Source: Mobula hypostoma (taxonomy: Eukaryota). Taken from it: a stretch of DNA of 64,000 nt. This document shows positions 22,234-34,200 of the stretch, one piece after another (within the stretch, counting starts at the first letter, position 1; each line of letters starts with the position of its first letter). The DNA is taken from NCBI RefSeq assembly GCF_963921235.1, contig NC_086097.1:256310001-256374000 (forward strand), written 5' to 3'. The translations under genes were made by a program, and so were the position numbers. A model generated the notes under the pieces. That model saw only the letters and a program-made list of their open reading frames with translations. It was not told the origin of the DNA and did no database searches.

Positions 22234-25210
22234 ACAGGAGATTCAGGGCAGAACTTTCAGGGCTGGTGTTTAAGGACAGGAGTTTCAGGGTAGGAGTATC
22301 AGGGAAGGAGTTTCAGGACAGGATCTTCAGGGGTCGAGTTCCAAGCAAGCAGTTTCAGAGGTCTAGTGTCAAGGCAGGCGTTTCAGTGAGGTTGTTACAG
22401 GGCAGGAGGTTCAGGGTTCAAGTTTCAGGGCAGGCGATTGAATGGTCGAGCTGCAGGCCAGGGGTTTCAGGGCAGGAGTATCAGGACAGGAGTTTCAGAG
22501 AAGGAGTTTCAGTGCAGGAATTTCACGGCAGGCGTTGCAGGGCAGGAGTTTCAGGGCAGGAGTATTAGTGCAGGGGTTTCAGCGAATGAGTTTCAGAGTA
22601 GGAATTTAGGGCACGTGTTTCAGATGTGGTGTTTCAGAGGTCGAGTTTCAGTGCAGGAGTTTTAGGGCAGCAGTTACGGGCTTGGTGTTTCAGAGGTTGA
22701 GTTTCAGAGCAGGAGATTCAAGGAAGGAGTTTCATTGCAGGGTTTCAGGGCAGCTGTTTCAGGGGTCGAGTTTCAGGGAAGGAGTTTCAGGGCAGGAGTA
22801 TCAGGGGTAGGGATTCAGGGCTGGAGATTATGGGCAGCAGATTCAGGGCAGGAGTTACAGGGCAGGATTTTCAGTGTTGAGTTTCAAGGCAGGAGTTTCA
22901 GGGTAGGAGTTTCAGTGGTCGACTTTGAGGGCCGGAGTTTGAGGGCAGGAGATTCAGGGCAGAAATTTCAGGGCTGGTGTTTAAGTACAGGAGTTTCAGG
23001 GGTCGAGTTTCAGGGCAGGAGTATCAGGGAAGGAGTTTCAATGCAGGTGATTCAGGGCAGGAGTTTCAGGTAAGACGTTTCAGGGCAGGTGGTTCAGGGC
23101 AAGAGATATAATGGTCGAGCTTCAGGCCTGGAATTTCTGGGCAGGAGTTTCAGGGGACCCGTTTCAGGGCAGGTGTTTCAGGGCAGGAGCTTCAGAGTAG
23201 GAGTTTAAGTGCAGGAGTTGCACCGCAGGAGTTTCAGGCGTCCAGTTTCATGGCAGGAGTATCAGGGACGGAGTTTCAATGCAAGTGATTCAGGGTAGGA
23301 GTATCACGGCTGGCGATTAAGGGCACGAGTTTCAGCGGTCGAATTTCTGGGCAGGGGTTTCAGGGGTCGAGTTTCAGGGCAGGCATTTCAGCGCAGGAGT
23401 TTCAGGGGTCGAGTTTCAGGAAAGGCGATTGAGGGCAGGATATTTACTGCAGGGGTTTTATGCAGGAATTTCAGGTTAGGACTTATAGGGCTGTAATTTA
23501 AGTGTAGGTGTTTCAGAGGTCCAGTTTCATGGCAGGCGTTTTTGGTGTCGAGTTACAGGTCAAGGGTTTCAGGGAAGGAGATTCAGGGGAGGGGTTTCAT
23601 GGGTCGCGTTTCAGTGCAGGAGTTTCAAGTCACGGGTTTCAGGGCATGAGTTTCAGTGTAGGAGTTTCAGTGATCGAGTTTCAAGGCAGGAGTTTCAGGG
23701 GTCGACTTTCAAGACAGGAGTTTCAGGGCAGAACTTTCAGGGCTGGTGTTTAAGGACAGGAGTTTCAGGGTAGGAGTATCAGGGAAGGAGTTTCAGGACA
23801 GGATCTTCAGGGGTCGAGTTCCAATCAAGCAGTTTCAGAGGTCTAGTGTCAAGGCAGGCGTTTCAGTGAGGTTGTTACAGGGCAGGAGGTTCAGGGGTCA
23901 AGTTTCAGGGCAGGCGATTGAATGGTCGAGCTGCAGGCCAGGGGTTTCAGGGCAGGAGTATCAGGACAGGAGTTTCAGAGAAGGAGTTTCAGTGCAGGAA
24001 TTTCACGGCAGGCGTTGCAGGGCAGGAGTTTCAGGGCAGGAGTATTAGTGCAGGGGTTTCAGCGAATGAGTTTCAGAGTAGGAATTTAGGGCATGTGTTT
24101 CAGATGTGGTGTTTCAGAGGTCGAGTTTCAGTGCAGGAGTTTTAGGGCAGCAGTTACGGGCTTGGTGTTTCAGAGGTTGAGTTTCAGAGCAGGAGATTCA
24201 AGGAAGGAGTTTCATTGCAGGGTTTCAGGGCAGCTGTTTCAGGGGTCGAGTTTCAGGGAAGGAGTTTCAGGGCAGGAGTATCAGGGGTAGGGATTCAGGG
24301 CTGGAGATTATGGGCAGCAGATTCAGGGCAGGAGTTACAGGGCAGGATTTTCAGTGTTGAGTTTCAAGGCAGGAGTTTCAGGGTAGGAGTTTCAGTGGTC
24401 GACTTTGAGGGCCGGAGTTTGAGGGCAGGAGATTCAGGGCAGAAATTTCAGGGCTGGTGTTTAAGTACAGGAGTTTCAGGGGTCGAGTTTCAGGGCAGGA
24501 GTATCAGGGAAGGAGTTTCAATGCAGGTGATTCAGGGCAGGAGTTTCAGGTAAGACGTTTCAGGGCAGGTGGTTCAGGGCAAGAGATATAATGGTCGAGC
24601 TTCAGGCCTGGAATTTCTGGGCAGGAGTTTCAGGGGACCCGTTTCAGGGCAGGTGTTTCAGGGCAGGAGCTTCAGAGTAGGAGTTTAAGTGCAGGAGTTG
24701 CACCGCAGGAGTTTCAGGCGTCCAGTTTCATGGCAGGAGTATCAGGGACGGAGTTTCAATGCAAGTGATTCAGGGTAGGAGTATCACGGCTGGCGATTAA
24801 GGGCACGAGTTTCAGCGGTCGAATTTCTGGGCAGGAGTTTCAGGGGTCGAGTTTCAGGGCAGGCATTTCAGCGCAGGAGTTTCAGGGGTCGAGTTTCAGG
24901 ACAGGCGATTGAGGGCAGGATATTTACTGCAGGGGTTTTATGCAGGAGTTTCAGGTTAGGACTTATAGGGCTGTAATTTAAGTGTAGGAGTTTCAGAGGT
25001 CGAGTTTCATGGCAGGCGTTTTTGGTGTCGAGTTACAGGTCAAGGGTTTCAGGGAAGGAGATTCAGGGGAGGGTTTTCATGGGTCGCGTTTCAGTGCAGG
25101 AGTTTCAAGTCACGGGTTTCAGGGCATGAGTTTCAGTGTAGGAGTTTCAGTGATCGAGTTTCAAGGCAGGAGTTTCAGGGGTCGACTTTCAAGATAGGAG
25201 TTTCAGGGCA
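22234..25210 (+). repeat. Near-identical 1,480-bp tandem higher-order duplication (2 copies)
   Basis: Identical or near-identical ORF pairs 22266/23746, 22438/23918 and 22735/24215. The landmark ACTTATAGGGCTGTAATTTAAG is at 23481 and 24961. Confidence 0.92.
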
Positions 25211-28200
25211 GGCGTTGCAGGGCAGGAGTTTCAGGGCAGGAATTTTAGTGCAGGAGTTTCAAGGCAGGACTTTCAGTGCAGGGATTTCAGGCATGGGTTT
25301 CACTGCAGGAGTTTCAGGGCAAGAGTGTCAGGGCAGGAATTTCAGTGTAGGAGTTTCATGGGTCGAGTTACAGGGCAGGAGATTCAATGGTCGAGATTCA
25401 GGCCAGGAGTTTCAGTGCAGGAGTTTCGGGGCATGAGTTCCAGGGCAGGAATTTCAGTGTTGGAGTTTCAGGGGTCGAGTTTCATGGCAGGGGTTTCCTA
25501 GGTCGAGTATCAGGGAAGGAGTTTCAAGGCAAGGGCTTCAGGGTATGAGTTTCCAAGTAGAAGTTTCATGGGTCGAGTTTCAGGGCAGGAGTTTCAAGGC
25601 AGAAGTTTCAAGGCTGGGGTTTCAGGGAAGGAGGTGTACGGTAGGATTTTCAGAGCAGGAGATTCAAGGCAGGAGTTTCAGGGGTCGGGTTTCAGCGCAG
25701 GAGTTTCAAGGCAGAGGTTTCAGTGCATGAGTTTCAGAGTAGGAGTTTAGGGCACGTGTTTCAGAGGTCAAGTTTCATTGCAGGGGTTTCAGGGCAGCTG
25801 TTTCAGGGGTCGAGTTTCAGGGAAGGAGTTTCAGGGCAGGAGTTTCAGGAGTAAGGTTTCATGGCTGGAGATTATGGGCAGCAGATTCAGGGCAGGAGTT
25901 ACAGGGCAGGATTTTCAGGTGTTGAGTTTCAGGGCAGGAGTTTCAGGGTAGGAGTTTCAGTGGTCGACTTTGAGGGCACGAGTTTCAGGGCAGGAGATTC
26001 AGGTCAGGAGCATCAGGGAAGGAGTTTCAATGCAGGTGATTCAGGGCAGGAGTTTCAGGGGACCAGTTTCAGGGCTGCTGTTTCAGGGCAGGGGATTCAG
26101 GGCAGGAGTTTCAGGACAGGAGTTTCAGGACAGGATTTTCAGGGGTCGAGTTCCAAGCAAGCAGTTTCAGAGGTCGAGTGTCAAGGCAGGCATTTCAGGG
26201 CAGTTGTTACAGGGCAGGAGATTTAGGGGTCAAGTTTCAGGGCAGGCGATTCAATGGTCGAGCTGCAGGCCAGAGGTTTCAGGACAAGAGTATCAGGACA
26301 GGAGTTTCAGAGTAGGAGTTTCAGTGCAGGAGTTTCACGGCAGGCGTTGCAAGGCAGGAGTTTCAGGGCAGGAGATTTAGGGCAGGAGTTTCAAGGCAGG
26401 AATTTCGGTGGACGAGTTTCAGGCCAGGAGTTTCTGAGCAGGAGATTCAGGACAGCAGATAGGGAATGAGTTTCAAGGATCTAGTATCAGGGCTGGAGTT
26501 TCAGGGCAGGAGTTTCAGAGGTCGAGTAGTTTCAGGTAAGAAACTTCAGAGCAGGTGGTTCAGGACAAGAGATTCAATGGTCGAGCATCAAGCCCGGAAT
26601 TTCTGGGCAGGAGTTTCAGGGTAGGAGTTTCAGGGCAGGAGTTTCAGGACAGGAGTTTCAGGGGTCGAGTTCCAAGCAAGCAGTTTCAGAGGTTGAGTGT
26701 CAAGGCAGGCATTTCAGGGCAGTTGTTACAGGGCAGGAGATTTAGGGGTCAAGTTTCAGGGCAGGCGATTCAATGGTCGAGCTGCAGGCCAGAGGTTTCA
26801 GGGCAAGAGTATCAGGACAGGAGTTTCAGAGTAGGAGTTTCAGTGCAGGAGTTTCACGGCAGGCGTTGCAAGGCAGGAGTTTCAGGGCAGGAGATTTAGG
26901 GCAGGAGTTTCAAGGCAGGAATTTCGGTGGACGAGTTTCAGGCCAGGAGTTTCTAAGCAGGAGATTCAGGACAGCAGATAGGGAATGAGTTTCAAGGATC
27001 TAGTATCAGGGCTGGAGTTTCAGGGCAGGAGTTTCAGAGGTCGAGTAGTTTCAAGTAAGAAACTTCAGAGCAGGTGGTTCAGGACAAGAGATTCAATGGT
27101 CGAGCATCAAGCCCGGAATATCTGGGCAGGAGTTTCAGGGTAGGAGTTTCAGGGCAGGAGTTTCAGAGTAGGAGTTAGACTGCAGGAGTTTCACGGCAGT
27201 CGTTTTATTGCAGGAGTGTCAGGTCAGGAGTATTGGGTGTCGAGTTTCAGGGCAGGAGTTTCAGTGCAGGAGTGTCAGGGGACCAATTTCAGGGCACGGG
27301 TGTTTCAGGGCAGAGTTTGCGAGCTGGAGTATCAGGGGTCAAATTTCAGGTCTGTATTTTCAGGGTCGAATTTCAGGGCAGGAGTTTCTGAGCAGGAGAT
27401 TCAGGACAGCAGATTCAGGAATGAGTTTCAAGGTTCTAGTATCAGGGCAGGAGTTTCAGGGATCGAGTTTGAGGGCAGGGGAATCAGGGGTCTAGTTTCA
27501 TGGCAGGAATTTCAGGGCAGGACTTTTCGAGCTGGAGTATCAGGGGTCTGTATTTTCAGGGGTCGAATTTTAGGGCAGGAGTTTCAGGGTAGGAGTTTCA
27601 GTGGTCGACTTTCAGGGCAGTAGTTTGAGGGCAGGAGGTTCAGCTCAGGAGAATCAGGGAATGAGTTTCACTGCAGGAGATTCAGGGCAGAAATTTCTGG
27701 GCTGGTAATTAAGGACAGGAGTTTCAGGAGACGAGTTTCAGGGCTGGTGTGTCCTGGCAGGAGATTCAAGGCAGGAGTTTCAGGGCAGGAGTTTCAGGGA
27801 TCGAGTTTCAGGGCATGACTTTCAGGGTTCGAGTATCAGGGCAGGAGTTTCAGGGTTCGAGTATCAGGCCTGGAATTTCTGGGCAGGAGTTTCAGGGGAC
27901 CCGTTTCAGGGCAGGTGTTTCAGGGTAGGAGATTCAGAGTAGGAGTTTCAGTGCAGGAGTTGCACGGCAGGAGTTTCAGGCATCCAGTTTCAGGGCAGGA
28001 GCATCAGTGAAGGAGTTTCAATGCAGGAGATTCAGGGCAGAAATTTCAGGGCTGGTGTTTAAGGACAGGAGTTTCAGGGGTCGAGTTTCAGGGAAGGAGT
28101 TTCAATGCAGGAGATTCAGGGCAGAAATTTCAGGGCTGGTGTTTAAGGACAGGAGTTTCAGGGGTCGAGTTTCAGGGCAGGAGTATCAGGGAAGGAGTTT

Positions 28201-31200
28201 CAATGCAGGAGATTCAGGGCAGAAATTTCAGGGCAGTAGTTTCAGAACAGGAGTTTCAGGGGTCAAGTTCCAAGGCAGGAGATTCAGAGGTCAACTTTCA
28301 GGGCAGCAGGTTCAGGGATCGAGTATCAGGGAAGGACTTTCAGGTAAGACGCTTCAGGGCAGTTGGTTCAGGGCAAGAGATTCAATGGTCGAGCTTCAGG
28401 CCTGGAATTTCAGGGCAGGAGTTTCAGGGTAGGAGTTTCAGTCCAGGAGTTTCAGAGTAGGAGTTTCAGAGTAGGAGTTAGACAGCAGGAGTTTCACGGC
28501 AGTCGTTTTATTGCAGGAGTGTCAGGTCAGGAGTTTTTGGGTGTCGAGTTTCAGGGAAGGAGTTTCGGTGCAGGGGTTTCAGGGCACAGGTGTTTCAGGG
28601 CAGAGTTTGTGAGCTGGAGTATCAGGGATCGAGTTTCAGGTCTGTTTTTTCAGTGTCGAATTTCAGGGCAGGAGTTTCTGAGCAGGAGATTCAGGGCAGT
28701 AGATTCAGGAATGAGTTTCAAGCTTCTAGTATCAGGGCTGAAGTTTCAGGGGTCGAATTTCAGGGCAGGAGTTTCAGGGTAGGAGTTTCAGTGGTCGAGT
28801 TTGAGGGCAGGAGTTTGAGGACAGGAGGTTCAGCTCAGGAGAATCAGGGAATGAGTTTCAATGCAGGACATTCAGGGCAGAAGTTTCTGAGCTGGTGATT
28901 AAGGACAGGAGTGTCAGGAGTCGAGTTTCAGGGCTGTTGTGTCCAGGCAGGAGATTCATGGCTGGAGTTTCAGGACAGGAGTTTCAGGGGTCGAGTTCCA
29001 AGGCAGGAGTTTCAGAGGTCGAGTTTCAGGGCAGCAGTTTCAGGATTCGAGTATCAGGGAACGAGTTTCAGGCAAGACGCTTCAAGGCAGGTGGTTCAGG
29101 GCAAGAGATTCAATGGTCGAGCTTCAGGCCTGGAATTTCAGCGCATAAGTGTCAGGGTAGGAGTTTCAGGGCAGGAGTTTCAGAGTAGGAGTTTCAGAGT
29201 CGGAGTTAGACTGCAGGAGTTTCACGGCAGACGTTTTATTGCAGGAGTGTCAGGTCATGAGTTTTGGGTGTCGAGTTTCAGGGCAGGAGTTTCAGGGGAA
29301 CAGTTTCAGGGCAGGTATTTCAGGGCAGAGTTTGCGAGCTGGAGTATCAATGGTCGAGTTTCAGGTCTGCATTTTCAGGGTCGAATTTCAGGGCAGGAGT
29401 TTCTGAGCAGGAGATTCAGGACAGCAGATTCAGGAATGAGTTTCAAGGTTCTAGTATTAGGGCTGGAGTTTCAGGGGTTGAGTTTCAGGGCAGGCATTTC
29501 AGTGCAGAGATTTCAGGGCGCGGGGCTCAGGGCAGGAGTTTCAGGGGTCGAGTTTGAGGGCAGGGGATTCAGGGGACTACTTTCATGGCAGAAATTTCAG
29601 GGCAGGAGTTTTCGTGCTGGAGTATCAGGGGTCGAGTTTCAGGTCTGTATATTCAGGGGTCGAATTTCAGGGCAGGAATTTCAGGGTAGGAGTTTCAGTG
29701 GTCGACTTTGAGGGCAGGAGTTTGAGGGCAGGAGGTTCAGCTCAGGAGAATCAGGGAATGAGTTTCAATGCAGGAGATTCAGGGCAGAAGTTTCAAGGCA
29801 GGAGTTTCAGGACAGGAGTTTCAGGGGTCGAGTTCCGAGGCAGGAGTTTCAGGGGTTGAGTTTCAGGGCTAGTGTTTCAACGCAGGAGATTCAGGGCAGG
29901 GGTTTCAGGACAGGAGTTTCAGAGGTCAAGTTCCAAAGCAGGAGTTTCAGAGGTCGAGTTTCAGGGCAGCAGTTTCAGGGACCGAATATCAGGGAAGGAG
30001 TTTCAGGCAAGACGCTTCAAGGCAGGTGGTTCAGGGCAAGAGATTCAATGGTCGAGCGTCAGGCCTGGAATTTCAGGGCAGAAGTTTCAGGGTAGGAGTT
30101 TCAGGGCAGCAGTTTCAGAGTAGGAGTTTCAGAGTAGGAGTTAGACTGCAGGAGTTTCACGGCAGTCGTTTTATTGCAGGAGTGTCAGGTCAGGAGATTT
30201 GGGTGTCGAGTTTCCGGGCAGGACTTTCAGTGCAGGAGTTTCAGGGGACCAGTTTCAGGGCACAGGTGTTTCAGTGCAGGAATTTCAGGGGACCAGTTTC
30301 AGGACTGGTGTTTAAGGACTGGAGTTTCAGGAGTCGAGTTTCAGGGCTAGTGTTTCAACGCAGGAGATTCAGGGCAGGCGTTTGAGGACAGGAGTTTCAG
30401 GGGTCGAGTTCCAAGGCAGGAGTTTCACAGGTCGAATTTCAGGGCAACAGTTTCAGAGTTCGAGTATCAGGGAACGAGTTTCAGGTAAGAAGGTTCAGGG
30501 CAGGTGATTCAGGGCAAGAGATTCAATGGTCGAGCTTCAGGCCTGGAATTTCTGCGCAGGAGTTTCAGGGCAGAGTTTGCGAGCTGGAGTATCAGGGGTC
30601 GAGTTTCAGGTCTGTAATTTCAGGGGTCGAATTTCAGGGCAGGCGTTTCAATGGTCAACTTTGAGGGCAGGAGTTTGAGGGCAGGAGGTTCAGCTCAGGA
30701 GTATCAGGGAATGAGTTTCAATACAGGAGATTCGGGGCAGAACTTTCAGGGCTGGTGTTTAAGGACAGGAGTTTCAGGGGTCGAGTTTCAGGGCTAGTGT
30801 TTCAACGCAGGAGATTCATGGCAGGAGTTTCAGGACAGGAGTTTCAGGGGTCGAGTTCCATGGCAGGAGTTTCACAGGTCGAGTTTCGGGGCAGCAGTTT
30901 CAGTGTTCGAGTATCAGGGAACGAGTTTAAGGTAATACACTTCAGGGCGGGTGGTTCAGGGCAAGAGATTCAATGGTCGAGCTTCAGACCTGGAATTTCT
31001 GGGCAGGTGTTTCAGGGTAGGAGTTTCAGGGCAGGAGTTTCAGAGTAGGAATTTCAGAGAAGGAGTTAGACTGCAGGAGTTTCACGGCAGTCGTTTTATT
31101 GCAGGAGTTTTGGGTGTCGAGTTTCAGGGCAGGAGTTTCAGGGGACCAGTTTCAGGGCAGAGTTTGCAAGCTGGAGTATCAGAAGTCAACTTACAGGTCT

Positions 31201-34200
31201 GTATTTTCAGGGGTCGAATTTCAGGGCAGGAGTTTCAGGGTAGGAGTTTCAATGGTCGACTTTGAGGGCTGGAGTTTGAGGGCAGGAGGTTCAGCTCAGG
31301 AGTATTAACGAATGAGTTTCAATACAGGAGATTCAGGGCAGAAGTTTCAGGGCTGGTGTTTAAGGACAGGAGTTTCAGGGCTTGTGTTTCAATGCAGGAG
31401 ATGCAGGGCAGGAGTTTCAGGACAGGGGTTTCAGGGGTTGAGTTCCAAGACAGTAGTTTCAGACGTCGAGTTTCAGGGCAGGACTTTCAGGGTTCGAGTA
31501 TCAGGGCAGGAGTTTCAGGTAAGACATTTCAGGGCAGGTGTTTCAGGGTAGGACATTCAATGGTCGAGCTTCAGGACTGGAATTTCTGGGCAGGAGTTTC
31601 AGGGGACCCGTTTCACGGCAGGTGTTTCACGGCAGGAGCTTCGGAGTAGAGTTTCAGTGCAGGAGTTGCACGGCAGGAGTTTCAGACATCCTGTTTCAGG
31701 ACAGGAGTATCAGGGAAGGAGTTTCAATGCAGGAGATTCAGGGCAGAAATTTCAGGGCTGGTGTTTAAGGACAGGAGTTTCAGGGGTCGAGTTTCAGGGC
31801 AGGAGTATCAGGGAAGGAGTATCAATGCAGGTGATTCAGGGCAGGAGTTTCAGGGGTCGAGTTCCAAGGCAGGAGTTTCAGGGGTTGAGTTTCAGGGCTG
31901 GTGTTTCAACGCAGGAGATTCAGGGCAAGAGTTTCAGGACAGGAGTTTCAGGGGTCATGTTGAAAGGCAGGAGTTTCAGAGGTCGAGTTTCAGGGATCAA
32001 GTATCATGGAAGGAGTTTCAGGCAAGACGCTTCAAGGCAGGTCGTTCAGGGCAAGAGATTCAATGGTCGAGCTTCAGGCCTGGAATTTCAGGGCAGAAGT
32101 TTCAGGGTAGGAGTTTCAGGGCAGGAATTTCTGAGTAGGAGTTAGACTGCAGGAGATTCAGGGCAGTCGCTTTATTGCAGGAGTGTCAGGTCAAGAGTTT
32201 TGGGTGTCGAGTTTCAGGGCAGGAGTTTCAGGGGACCAGTTTCAGGGCAGGTGTTTCAGGTCAGAGTTTGCGAGCTGGAGTATCAGAAGTCGACTTTTAG
32301 GTCTGCATTTTCAGGGGTCGAATTTCAGGGGAGGAGTTTTAGAGTAGGAGTTTCAATGGTCGACTTTGAGGGCTGGAATTTGAGGGCAGGAGGTTCAGCT
32401 CATGAGTATCAGGGAATGAGTTTCAATACAGGAGATTCAGGGCAGGAGTTTCAGGACAGGAGTTTCAGGGGTCGAGTTTCAGGGCAGCAGTTTCAGTGTT
32501 CGAGTATCAGGGAACGAGTTTAAGGTAATGCGCTTCAGGGCGGGTGGTTCAGGGCAACAGATTCAATGGTCGAGCTTCAGACATGGAATTTCTGGGCAGG
32601 TGTTTCAGGGTAGGAGTTTCAGGGCAGGAGTTTCAGGGGACCAGTTTCAGGGCAGGTGTTTCAGGGCAGAGTTTGCGAGCTGGAGTATCAATGGTCGAGT
32701 TTCAGGTCTGTATTTTCAGGGTCGAATTTCAGGGCAGGCGATTCTGAGCAGGAGATTCAGGACAGCAGATTCAGGAATGAGTTTCAAGGTTCTAGTATCA
32801 GCGCTGGAGTTTCATGGGTTGAGTTTCAGGGCAGGCATTTCAGTGCAGAGATTTCAGGGCACGGGGCTCAGGGCAGGAGCTTCAGGGGTCGAGTTTGAGG
32901 GCAGGGGATTCCGGGGTCAAGTTTCATGGCAGGAATTTCAGGGCAGGAGTTTTCGAGGTGGAGTATCAGGGGTCGAGTTTCAGGGCAGGAGTTTTAGAGT
33001 AGGAGTTTCAATGGTCGACTTTGAGGGCTGGAGTTTGAGCGCAGGAGGTTCAGCTCAGGAGTATCAGGGAATGAGTTTCAATACAGGAGATTCAGGGCAG
33101 AACTTTCAGGGCTGGTGTTTAAGGACAGGAGTTTCAGGGTAGGAGTATCAGGGAAGGAGTTTCAGGACAGGATCTTCAGGGGTCGAGTTCCAAGCAAGCA
33201 GTTTCAGAGGTCTAGTGTCAAGGCAGGCGTTTCAGTGAGGTTGTTACAGGGCAGGAGGTTCAGGGTTCAAGTTTCAGGGCAGGCGATTGAATGGTCGAGC
33301 TGCAGGCCAGGGGTTTCAGGGCAGGAGTATCAGGACAGGAGTTTCAGAGAAGGAGTTTCAGTGCAGGAATTTCACGGCAGGCGTTGCAGGGCAGGAGTTT
33401 CAGGGCAGGAGTATTAGGGCAGGGGTTTCAGCGAATGAGTTTCAGAGTAGGAATTTAGGGCAAGTGTTTCAGATGTGGTGTTTCAGAGGTCGAGTTTCAG
33501 TGCAGGAGTTTTAGGGCAGCATTTACGGGCTTGGTGTTTCAGAGGTTGAGTTTCAGAGCAGGAGATTCAAGGAAGGAGTTTCATTGCAGGGTTTCAGGGC
33601 AGCTGTTTCAGGGGTCGAGTTTCAGGGAAGGAGTTTCAGGGCATGAGTTTCAGGGGTAGGGATTCAGGGCTGGAGATTATGGGCAGCAGATGCAGGGCAG
33701 GAGTTACAGGGCAGGATATTCAGGTGTTGAGTTTCAAGGCAGGAGTTTCAGGGTAGGAGTTTCAGTGGTCGACTTTGAGGGCCGGAGTTTGAGGGCAGGA
33801 GATTCAGGGCAGAAATTTCAGGGCTGGTGTTTAAGGACAGGAGTTTTAGGGGTCGAGTTTCAGGGCAGGAGTATCAGGGAAGGAGTTTCAATTCAGGTGA
33901 TTCAGGGCAGGAGTTTCAGAGGTCGAATTCCAAGGCAGGAGTTTCAGAGGTCGAGTTTCAGGGCAGGAGTTTCAGTGTTCGAGTATCAGGGCAGGAGTTT
34001 CAGGTAAGACGTTTCAGGGCAGGTGGTTCAGGGCAAGAGATATAATGGTCGAGCTTCAGGCCTGGAATTTCTGGGCAGGAGTTTCAGTGCAGGAGTGTCA
34101 GGGGACCCGTTTCAGGGCAGGTGTTTCAGGGCAGGAGTTTCAGAGTAGGAGTTTAAGTGCAGGAGTTGCACCGCAGGAGCTTCAGGCGTCCAGTTTCATG